This document shows positions 9,158 through 17,487 of a DNA stretch of 32,000 nucleotides, in pieces (position 1 is the first letter of the stretch; each line of letters begins with the position of its first letter). Source of the DNA: Prochlorococcus marinus str. NATL2A (GTDB taxonomy: Bacteria > Cyanobacteriota > Cyanobacteriia > PCC-6307 > Cyanobiaceae). Under the pieces are notes generated by a model. That model was not told where the DNA came from, did not search any database, and worked only from the letters and a program-made list of their open reading frames with translations. The translations under genes and the position numbers were made by a program. The stretch lies in the NCBI RefSeq assembly GCF_000012465.1, contig NC_007335.2, positions 1,710,001-1,742,000 on the forward strand, written 5' to 3'.

Positions 9158-12100
9158 ACCTGAGATAATCAGGTTAATAGTGTCAACATCTGAGACATTA
9201 TCAGTGATCGCATCTCCATCACCAAGGGTAAGGTTAAGAACATCAGTTCCTCCATTACCGTTGACAGTGATATCGGCATTAGTGGTTTCTCCGATAGTGA
9301 AGGTGTCATTTTTAGATGAACCAGTAATGTTATGAGCTCTGTCACCTTTAAGGTCAAAGGTAGTAGCTATAGCAGTACCTGCAGTAGCAGTTAGTATTCC
9401 AAAATAACCAGTCGCATCAACAGCTGTTGTATCAGTATCAAGAGTATTAAGCGTCATTGTCTGTCCAGCATCAGCAGCTGAACCGACTACAACAATCTTT
9501 GCTGCATTAAGTGAGTCAACATCAAGACTTGTGTTGGCATTTGAGGTGTCAGTGTCGTCAGTGACGTCAAATGTAACTGTCTCAATTCCAGTTGCTTTTA
9601 CTTCAATAGTGTTTGTATTTGGAGTAGTTCCATCTGTGTCATTCAGGTTGAACGTAAGTGAATCTGAAGTTCCAGAGGAATCAGCAAGACTGATATCGAA
9701 TAAACCATCTACATCACCATCGGTATTGTTGAGACCTGCTCCAACTTTTACTCCAGCAGCCAGATTAGTGATTGTTGTTGAAGTTGTGTTTGTTGTAACA
9801 GCAATTTCACTGGCTCCAGTAACTTTGGAAGCGTCAAAAACAAATACTCCGCCATTAGTTAGGTTCAGAGTTTCTACATTAGAGACATTTAGAGCACCGG
9901 TCGTAGCAGTTAAACCCGTTACAGTTGCAGAAAGTGTATCTGTGCCTGCTCCTCCATCAACGGTGTCTGCATTGTTTAGATTAGAACCGAAGACTAATGA
10001 ATCAGCACCTGAACCAGTAGTAATCGTTTGATTAGCAGCTACTCCATCGAGTTGCAAGTCTCCAGTAAAAGTAGAAGCATCAACAGTGACAAGTTTTGAA
10101 GCAGTTATTGTGCCATCAATATCAAGAGAAGAGTCACCAGTGATCTTCAAAGTAGTCAGGGCGTTTGTACCACCGTCAGTAAGAGTAGATACTACATAAT
10201 CAACTGTGTTAGCTGATAAGCCTGAGGTATTAATAGTAAGTGTCTCAATGTCACCAGCTGAAATTTGCTCAATTGTTTGTGTTAAAGCCTTGTCACCAGA
10301 TGGTGAAGTTAGGTTTACGGTTAGCGAATCTGCAGTTCCTGATGGATCTTTCAAAGAAGCAGTTACTTGAGCCCCTGAACTAATTTCTACAGTTTGATCA
10401 GTTAAATTTGTGAATGAAACGTTTGAGTATCCAACTTCTGCAACAGCAATATTACCGGTACCAGTAATACTGTCGAAATTGATTGTGTCTCCGGTGTCAG
10501 ATGTTCTGGTAATAAAAACACCATCACCTGTTCCGTCTACGTCGACAGCTGTGGCAGTAAATCCTGTCAAGGCGTTGATAGATGCAGCTAGTTCAGCAGC
10601 AACTTCAGCGTCAGTATTGGTGCCCGTAGCGGAAGCAATTGATGTTGATACACCGTTTAGAGAGTATGAATAATCATCGCCAGCTGCGTTCAAAGAACCT
10701 GTCACATGAACTGTTTTTGTGTGCCCAGCTGCTTTTAGAGTTGTAAATGAACCAACTCCATCTGCATTAACTACAGCCGAATCGTTAGTTGGATTGACTT
10801 CTAAAACCTCAACGTTACTTACATTTGCGAATGTTGTACTTGTAAGGGTGGCATTACCCAAATCCAAGCTTAAAGTATCTGTTCCGGCGCCTCCATCAAC
10901 AACATCAGCACTTGTAAAGCCAGTAGAAAACTCAACGAAATCATCACCTGATCCACCAGTTACTGAAGCTATATCTCCTGTATTGAGCTGTATAGAAAGG
11001 TTACCGGTGAATGCAGATGCATCTACAGTTCCATCAATAGCTGTTGTTGTGGCATTGTCTGCAAAATCTACATCACCAACGATTTGAAGATTCGCAGAGC
11101 CAGTTACGTTTAATGCTGTAGCGTTATCGATTACGACATCAGTCAACTGACTTTGAGTCAGAGTTGAGTTGATTGTCAAAGTTTCGATAGAAGCTGCTGT
11201 GAAGGTACCGCCAGAAAGATTACTCACATCAAGAGTAATTGCGTCACTTGAGCCAGATACAGCAGTTGAAGTATGAGTAAGGGTTAAGTCAGCCGCACCA
11301 TTTCTCAACTCTGCATTTGTCAACACAGTCATTCCTTGGAAAACAGTGTCTCCATCAGATCCAGAAGAACTCAAACCAACTGTTGAAGGTGCACCGAGCA
11401 GAGTTGTATCTACGGTTGTAACACCAGTAGGTCCATCAAAGTTAGTTAGTAAAACCTTTTCAATGCCAGTTGCTTGAACACCGCTAAGAGTTGTAGCTGC
11501 ATCACCAGAAACAGCGATGTTTAAAGTATCTACACCTGATCCACCATCAATTACGTCACCAGCTTGGATGGTCGTACCAGTAGCACCGCCAACAATAACT
11601 CCATTAATCTTGTCGTTACCAGCACCACCAGTGACTGAATCCTGATTAGTTGTGAGAGTTAATGTCTTAGATGCAGTAGCAGTTGTTGGCACCCCATTTG
11701 AAGTAATGGTTGCGACACTTGCAGCTATACCTGCAGCAGTTGAAGCTGTATCTTTATCTATTGTTGATAGATAATTTCTTGCAGCGATGATGTTGTTACC
11801 AGCAGCAAAAGTAGAATCAGCTGCTAGACCATCATTTAGAGGCTGATAAGAAAGTATTCCAGCTGTAGTCTCTTTAATTTTGGCTGTATAAGCTACTGCT
11901 GCTTCAGTTCTATTACTTAAGGCTGCTTTATCATCTGCGCTTCCAGAATTATTTTGAGCAGCCCAAATAAGATCATTTGCAATCTCAGCTAATTGCAAAT
12001 TACCTAAACGAATTTGCTGAGACCAATAAGTCAAGCCAGCTACATCGGCATCTCTATCGAATAGATTTTTATAAATCTGGTTTACTTGTGACTCGATGGA

Positions 12101-12268
12101 GAGAGTTCCGTACTCGCTTGTGAATTCGGGCTGAGCATACATATTTGCTGCAAATGCCGCGGTAGTGATCCCTCTTTCCGTCCAGTAATCAAGACCAGTG
12201 GGATCCGCAGCGCGTCCGAAGTAAGCAACGTATAGCTCTTGAAGTTGGGTACTAGTCGCGTTGGTCAT
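9155..12268 (-). CDS. N-terminal 1037-aa segment of the giant repeat surface protein; N-terminal DUF4214 repeats followed by repeat modules with GGxGxDxL calcium-binding-type nonapeptides
   Basis: ATG at 12268. DUF4214-like LQELYVAYFGRAADPTGLDYW and QIYKNLFDRDADVAGLTYW. RTX-like GGAGNDKIN, GGSGVDTLN, GGSGDDFVE, GGAGTDTLS (twice) and GNGGTDVLN. No signal peptide, and I spotted no Cys. C/G-ending codons (ACC AAC GCG TAC TTC CGC CCC) are unlike the neighbouring genes. Confidence 0.75.
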   Translation of the reverse strand: MTNATSTQLQELYVAYFGRAADPTGLDYWTERGITTAAFAANMYAQPEFTSEYGTLSIESQVNQIYKNLFDRDADVAGLTYWSQQIRLGNLQLAEIANDLIWAAQNNSGSADDKAALSNRTEAAVAYTAKIKETTAGILSYQPLNDGLAADSTFAAGNNIIAARNYLSTIDKDTASTAAGIAASVATITSNGVPTTATASKTLTLTTNQDSVTGGAGNDKINGVIVGGATGTTIQAGDVIDGGSGVDTLNIAVSGDAATTLSGVQATGIEKVLLTNFDGPTGVTTVDTTLLGAPSTVGLSSSGSDGDTVFQGMTVLTNAELRNGAADLTLTHTSTAVSGSSDAITLDVSNLSGGTFTAASIETLTINSTLTQSQLTDVVIDNATALNVTGSANLQIVGDVDFADNATTTAIDGTVDASAFTGNLSIQLNTGDIASVTGGSGDDFVEFSTGFTSADVVDGGAGTDTLSLDLGNATLTSTTFANVSNVEVLEVNPTNDSAVVNADGVGSFTTLKAAGHTKTVHVTGSLNAAGDDYSYSLNGVSTSIASATGTNTDAEVAAELAASINALTGFTATAVDVDGTGDGVFITRTSDTGDTINFDSITGTGNIAVAEVGYSNVSFTNLTDQTVEISSGAQVTASLKDPSGTADSLTVNLTSPSGDKALTQTIEQISAGDIETLTINTSGLSANTVDYVVSTLTDGGTNALTTLKITGDSSLDIDGTITASKLVTVDASTFTGDLQLDGVAANQTITTGSGADSLVFGSNLNNADTVDGGAGTDTLSATVTGLTATTGALNVSNVETLNLTNGGVFVFDASKVTGASEIAVTTNTTSTTITNLAAGVKVGAGLNNTDGDVDGLFDISLADSSGTSDSLTFNLNDTDGTTPNTNTIEVKATGIETVTFDVTDDTDTSNANTSLDVDSLNAAKIVVVGSAADAGQTMTLNTLDTDTTAVDATGYFGILTATAGTAIATTFDLKGDRAHNITGSSKNDTFTIGETTNADITVNGNGGTDVLNLTLGDGDAITDNVSDVDTINLIISG

Positions 12269-12304
12269 GGGGGTGATGAAAATTAGTTATTCGTAAAGGG
12301 ATCT

Positions 12305-12401
12305 CCGCAGCTAGACTGCGGCTATCTGTTTTCGGTTGGGGCACTATATAGCCCAACCAGCAGAATCACCGGAACTATACGGTGTATTGCTCATATATCA
12401 A
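12305..12401 (-). promoter_or_regulatory. Candidate promoter plus structured 5' leader of the giant-protein gene (three hairpins)
   Basis: Hairpins: CCGCAG-ctaga-CTGCGG (12305-12321); GGTTGGG...CCCAACC (12334-12358); CACCG-gaactata-CGGTG (12367-12384). On the minus strand, TTGATA (12396-12401), a 16-nt spacer and TATAGT (12374-12379) form a sigma70-like promoter. That promoter would place two of the hairpins in a ~100-nt leader. Confidence 0.35.
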
Positions 12402-12855
12402 GGCTAATTAGATACAAAAACAAGGAATCCCAGACATTTTAGTTCTCGGTCTAAGTTGAATTTCGTGCAATTAAATTGCTCAATCAAAAATAATTTTTTT
12501 TGGCTAAAGGGATTTAAGGAATAGAAAAACCGTTCGTATTACTGAGTTCTCGAGAATATGAATGTTCTGATCCCCCACAAAATCTAAAAAATTAAGAAAA
12601 GCTTTATTCATGCGTTAATCCTATTGAACCTCTAAAGACTGAACCAGCTAACAAAGTGCACACCAACAAAAGATATTGAATCAAAGAGTAAAATTAAAGG
12701 TGAAAAACAGACATAATCACATCAAAAATAGTTAGTTCATCAAGTTTCAATAAATTTATTTCATTAGAAAACTTGTAAAGTTGAAATACATAAAATAATC
12801 TCAAGACAAACAAAAAAACATGAAATCACTTGTTATTAAAAGTGTGGAGTACTAG

Positions 12856-13800
12856 TTGAAAAGTAAAACCGCCGTTGTTCTGGGATGCAAAGGACAAGAT
12901 GGTTCTTTGATGTGCAGATCGCTTTTGGAAAAAAATTACAAGGTAATCGGATTAATTCGTGGAGAATTAAAAGATGAGAGCAATCTTCACAAGCTCGACA
13001 TAAAAAATAAAATAAAAATTGAAACAGGAGACATAAAAGATTTTCAGATCATAAGTAACTTGATTGAAAAATATCAGCCGGATTGCGTGTACAACCTTGC
13101 TGCTCAGTCATCCGTGGGTCAGTCGTTCCAGAATCCAAAAGAAACAATAGATTCAATTGTAAATGGAACGATGAATATTTTAAACGTATGCAAAATTATC
13201 AATTACACCGGAAGAATTTTTTTTGCTGGTAGTAGCGAAATGTTTGGAAATATCGAAAGCAAGGCTAATATTGATCACCCACAACAACCAAATTCACCAT
13301 ACGCTATCGCTAAACAAACAAGCTTCAATCTGGTAAAAATGTACAGAGAGATATATGCATTAAAATGTACAACTGGGATTTTGTTTAATCATGAATCAAA
13401 TTTAAGACCAGAAACATTCGTAACACAAAAAATTATAAAAACTGCTCAAGAGATCAAAAAATATAAAAAAAAGAAATTAATAATTGGCAATATTGATATA
13501 ATAAGGGATTGGGGTTGGGCTCCGGAATACATCAATGCTATTCAGTTGATATCTAATTCTAATTTAATTAAAGATCACATAGTATGCACCGGTAAGGCAA
13601 CAAGTTTAAAAACTTTTATTCAAAAAGTTTTTGCCAAGCTTGATTTAGATTGGGAAGAGTTCACTGTAGTGAATAAAAATTTATTTAGAGCTTCTGATAT
13701 AAAAAGAAGTTGTGGAGATCCTACACCACTTTTTGAAGAATTAGGGTGGAAGTCCAAGGTTAATTTCGATTCAGTAATTGAGAGAATGCTTAATCAATGA
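12856..13800 (+). CDS. Short GDP-mannose 4,6-dehydratase-family SDR (gmd paralogue)
   Basis: TTG start, which is required to retain the Rossmann motif VVLGCKGQDGS. SSEMFG, SPYAIAKQ (YxxxK), FNHESNLRPETFVTQKI and RDWGWAPEY parallel the FNHES.RRGETFVTRKI / RDWGHAKDY motifs of GMD. Confidence 0.75.
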   Translation: MKSKTAVVLGCKGQDGSLMCRSLLEKNYKVIGLIRGELKDESNLHKLDIKNKIKIETGDIKDFQIISNLIEKYQPDCVYNLAAQSSVGQSFQNPKETIDSIVNGTMNILNVCKIINYTGRIFFAGSSEMFGNIESKANIDHPQQPNSPYAIAKQTSFNLVKMYREIYALKCTTGILFNHESNLRPETFVTQKIIKTAQEIKKYKKKKLIIGNIDIIRDWGWAPEYINAIQLISNSNLIKDHIVCTGKATSLKTFIQKVFAKLDLDWEEFTVVNKNLFRASDIKRSCGDPTPLFEELGWKSKVNFDSVIERMLNQ

Positions 13801-13823
13801 GTTAAGTCAAATTGTAATCATAG

Positions 13824-16800
13824 CTATTCATTAATTTCTAGACTATTAATCATATTAAATAAACGAAATCCCAGTCTAGAAAACTTAAAATTATTAATAA
13901 ATTTTTGTTTATTATATTGTAGAATTTCAGCTTCTTTTTTATTTTTTGATCTCTTGATCCAATTAATAATTCCATTGGCAATTTCATCAGAAGTAAACCC
14001 AGGTAGGTATTCAATGCAATCAGAAATATCATTAAATATTGGATTGGGAGTAACTAAAGTTGGTTTTAAAGCCGCTAATGCTTGTCTCACTGAAGCGCTT
14101 GAAGATTCGTTGGTATGTTGATAAGGAAAAACAATCAAATCTTGCGAAGACAAATTTTTTACAGTTTGTTCATCGGCCATATATTCAGTGTTTATGTTAA
14201 CTATATCTCTAATATTCAACTTATGAACTAAATCTACCAACTCATTGTAAACATAAGTAAAGGAATCATTATAGATTGCCGTAAACAAATTTAATTCTAA
14301 ATATATGTTTCTATCAGATAAAATTTTGACTGCCTTAATCAATTCATTGAAACCCTTATTAGGCAAACAAAAACCATATGAAGCTATTCTTAATTTATGT
14401 TTATGACTAAATAAGTTGGCTCTAGAAAAGTCTTTAGATAATTCATGATTAATGGGAACATATTTTATGCCATGCGGAAATAAACTTACATTTTCCTTCA
14501 GGCCTAAAAGCTTTAAGCGATTCAGATCTGTTAATGTATGGACTAATATTCTGCTACATTTAAATAGAGAAGGAATTAAGTTCTCTATACGTTTTTTATT
14601 ATTCCCAATTGGATCAAGAGTCGAATGCATAAATAAGATTATATTGATTTTATGTGATGAAACTTTATCTATGAAACTAGATAATTCAGAGAAATTAAAA
14701 AATCCATAATTAAATTGTATTACTAAAGAAGTTATCTGGGCATTAATAACGTCATTAAATAATTGATTTAAATCTTGCGATATATCATTATCTAATTCCC
14801 AACACTGAATTGTTTCGTAAGTTGTACTAATTTTTTGTGATGAAATTGGAGTAAATATTGTTACTCTTGAGAAAATATTATCTATTAAATTTTTTGAGTA
14901 AGATGCAATACCACATCTAGTTCCCCAGGATGTAATCCATCCTATACGTGGATGAATACTTTGCATATTATTCAAAATATTTTGTGAAAAATCTAGATTC
15001 TTAAGTGCCACATTTTTCCAGGTAAATTTTTCAATATCTGATTTAGCTTTAGAAATTTTAGACCTTAAACTTAACTTATTTGAATGAAATAATTCTTTCA
15101 TAAGTTCCGACAAGTGAGAACAAGATGGCTCTGCCCAATAAGACATGCCTAAATCAAAATGTGTTTTTGCTGATAAAAACTCATAATCAATTAGCCAGCT
15201 ATTTTCATGATTACAGAAATCAGTTTGACCTCCCCAAGCTGTAGTTATAACAGGCAAATCTAGAAACATTGCCTCAGCTATGGGTAAACCAAATCCTTCT
15301 CCCCGGCTTGGTGCTACTAATGCATCTGAGCTAAAATATAATGCTTTTAACTGTGAATCACTTAAATCCTCGTTGATAATCATTACATCTGGATATTTAG
15401 AATTTATAGATTTCTCCTTCTTTAGGATTTGATCTACATTATTATGGGAATTCTTGAATGTTTTTATAATTAAAGTAACGTCATCATAAGAATTAAAAGC
15501 CTGGCCATAAGCTCTTAATAAGATATCAATTCCTTTACGTGGAAAGCATGAAGATACGTGGAGAAACCTAAATTTATTGGAGTTTAGCGAAAAATTCCTA
15601 TCACTTTCTAAATCCTCTAAATGATCTATACCAAGGCCACAAACACTAATGGGAATTCGCACGCCATTATCTATTAAAATCTTTTTTACTTGAGAAGACA
15701 TTACTGAAACACCCTGCAAATAAGTATTAAATTCAACAACCCATTCCTGAGGAAATTCAGATTCCTCCCATCCATATGAGTGAAGAAGATTTATTATTGA
15801 TTGCAAGTCCGCTACTCGCGGAGGATATAAATTTCTGCTAGATACTATTGAAGATTCAGTCGATTCCAAAGATTGTTTATATAGTTTATATATAGAAGGA
15901 TATTGCTTAATAAATTTGATATTAGGAACATAATCACCAGGTCCCTCCGTATTATGTATCGTTACATTTTCTATGATTTTAGTAAGAGATTGAACAAAAG
16001 ATCTATTTAAAATTGCGAGGCTATAATTTGAATCAAATGGACCTTCCACTCTCCAAGAAAAGGGAGAATCTAAAGGAATCAAAGAACGTGATATAAAGTC
16101 TGTTTCTAAATTGACTAAATCAATTGAAGATGCAATTTGGTCTGCGAGATTTTGACTTAAATTAGCCTGAAGGTTCTTATCATTTTTTATTTTACTTAAT
16201 AAAATATTATAGCTATTATTATTTTTATAATTTATATATTCCCAATTACAATTAGAATAATCTTTCGGATTGTCATTAATAATATTTTCACAAGCTTCTA
16301 AGACTTTTCTACTGGTGTCGAACCAAGAAAATTTCTGTGCTTGGTAACTTGCGTTTTTTATTAAAGAATTTCTAAAAACAATATCAGTTAACGCTTTCTG
16401 AATAAGATTCTTAATAGAATCAGTGTCATATGGGTCAAACATTGCATTCGCATCGCCAATAATTTCTGGAATACTTGTACAGTTTGATGCTATTGAAGGA
16501 GCTCCACATGACATTGCCTCTAGAATAGGCAGACCGAAACCCTCATGGAAAGATGGAAAAACAAATAAAGCGCAGTTTTGATATAAATAAACTAAATCTT
16601 TATCTGAAACATAGCCTAAAAGAATTACACTTTTTTTATTGATAGAGAACTCTTTTATCCAACCATGAATTAAATCAGTTTCTGAAGGTAATAACTTTCC
16701 AGAAAAAACAAGTTTGTATTTTAAGAGAACCTCAAAAGGAAGTTTTGAATATGCCTTTAACAAACCTTTAATATTTTTTCTAGGATCGCTTGCCCCAGAA

Positions 16801-17483
16801 TATAAAATATAATGATCAAGGGTATCTAAAACACTGTGTGTTGATTTATCAGTCTCAACTTTCTTTATATTAAATATATCCCTATTACAAGCAGAGGAAA
16901 TATTATAAACTTTATCTTCCGCATAACCTAAATACTTAATTGCTTCATTTTTAGATGATTTCGAAATAGAAAGTAATCCATCTAATGTTTTTAACTTATC
17001 AATTTTATTTAAATAAAATTCTTTAAAAGCTGGATTAGAATTTAAGTATAGATCTGGATGTAATAACGGAATTAAATCATAGAAGATCGATAATACTGGG
17101 GCTGCAAGAATATCGTTATCAAATTCTGTAAAGCAATTGTCTGTATACCCTTCAAAAAAACTAGTTAAAAGAATAACATCAGGAAAAACACGATTGAATG
17201 TATATGATCTTAAATATCTTGCAATATTTAAAGCATTATCATTTTTAGAAATATAATCTAGAGGTGCTAAAGAATACCAATTTATATAATTAATATTACT
17301 CCGACTTAGGTACTTTCTAAAATCAGAACTAATATCTAAAAGACAAGCATTTCCAATCAGAACATATTCATTCTCTGGAAAATTATCTAAAATATTCGAG
17401 ATTATTTCATAAGAATATCTTCCTATACCTCTTTTTCTACTTCCTAAACTTTGAACACCTGAAAGGTCAATAGCAATTCGCAT
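13824..17483 (-). CDS. Three-domain GT4-family glycosyltransferase (1219 aa)
   Basis: Two clear GT4 EX7E-type motifs (EGFGLPILEAMSCGAPSIASNCTSIPEIIG and GEGFGLPIAEAMFLDLPVITTAWGGQTDF). A third GT-B-like C-terminal domain follows (RIGWITSWGTRCGIASY...NESSSASVRQALAALKPTLVT). Confidence 0.85.
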   Translation of the reverse strand: MRIAIDLSGVQSLGSRKRGIGRYSYEIISNILDNFPENEYVLIGNACLLDISSDFRKYLSRSNINYINWYSLAPLDYISKNDNALNIARYLRSYTFNRVFPDVILLTSFFEGYTDNCFTEFDNDILAAPVLSIFYDLIPLLHPDLYLNSNPAFKEFYLNKIDKLKTLDGLLSISKSSKNEAIKYLGYAEDKVYNISSACNRDIFNIKKVETDKSTHSVLDTLDHYILYSGASDPRKNIKGLLKAYSKLPFEVLLKYKLVFSGKLLPSETDLIHGWIKEFSINKKSVILLGYVSDKDLVYLYQNCALFVFPSFHEGFGLPILEAMSCGAPSIASNCTSIPEIIGDANAMFDPYDTDSIKNLIQKALTDIVFRNSLIKNASYQAQKFSWFDTSRKVLEACENIINDNPKDYSNCNWEYINYKNNNSYNILLSKIKNDKNLQANLSQNLADQIASSIDLVNLETDFISRSLIPLDSPFSWRVEGPFDSNYSLAILNRSFVQSLTKIIENVTIHNTEGPGDYVPNIKFIKQYPSIYKLYKQSLESTESSIVSSRNLYPPRVADLQSIINLLHSYGWEESEFPQEWVVEFNTYLQGVSVMSSQVKKILIDNGVRIPISVCGLGIDHLEDLESDRNFSLNSNKFRFLHVSSCFPRKGIDILLRAYGQAFNSYDDVTLIIKTFKNSHNNVDQILKKEKSINSKYPDVMIINEDLSDSQLKALYFSSDALVAPSRGEGFGLPIAEAMFLDLPVITTAWGGQTDFCNHENSWLIDYEFLSAKTHFDLGMSYWAEPSCSHLSELMKELFHSNKLSLRSKISKAKSDIEKFTWKNVALKNLDFSQNILNNMQSIHPRIGWITSWGTRCGIASYSKNLIDNIFSRVTIFTPISSQKISTTYETIQCWELDNDISQDLNQLFNDVINAQITSLVIQFNYGFFNFSELSSFIDKVSSHKINIILFMHSTLDPIGNNKKRIENLIPSLFKCSRILVHTLTDLNRLKLLGLKENVSLFPHGIKYVPINHELSKDFSRANLFSHKHKLRIASYGFCLPNKGFNELIKAVKILSDRNIYLELNLFTAIYNDSFTYVYNELVDLVHKLNIRDIVNINTEYMADEQTVKNLSSQDLIVFPYQHTNESSSASVRQALAALKPTLVTPNPIFNDISDCIEYLPGFTSDEIANGIINWIKRSKNKKEAEILQYNKQKFINNFKFSRLGFRLFNMINSLEINE

Positions 17484-17487
17484 TCTA

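Noticed and set aside
7895-11087. Plus-strand ORFs of 60-166 aa (7895-8107, 8007-8189, 8307-8525, 9531-10031, 10410-10673, 10719-11087) antisense to the giant gene
   Set aside because: They lie entirely inside the long minus-strand frame. They have Val/Ser/Pro/Thr-rich low-complexity translations that mirror the sense-strand Thr/Gly/Ala/Asp codons. They are the expected stop-poor shadow frames of a G+C-enriched repetitive gene.
7322-12268. Calling the giant protein an RTX cytolysin/hemolysin
   Set aside because: There is no tandem nonapeptide block, no hydrophobic pore-forming region, and no hlyC-type acyltransferase gene nearby. The architecture fits an adhesin or S-layer-type structural protein better.
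12547-12556. A 10-bp perfect palindrome, TTCTCGAGAA, in the divergent intergenic region as an operator site
   Set aside because: It is a single short palindrome with no second half-site or repeat. I cannot distinguish it from chance without comparative data.
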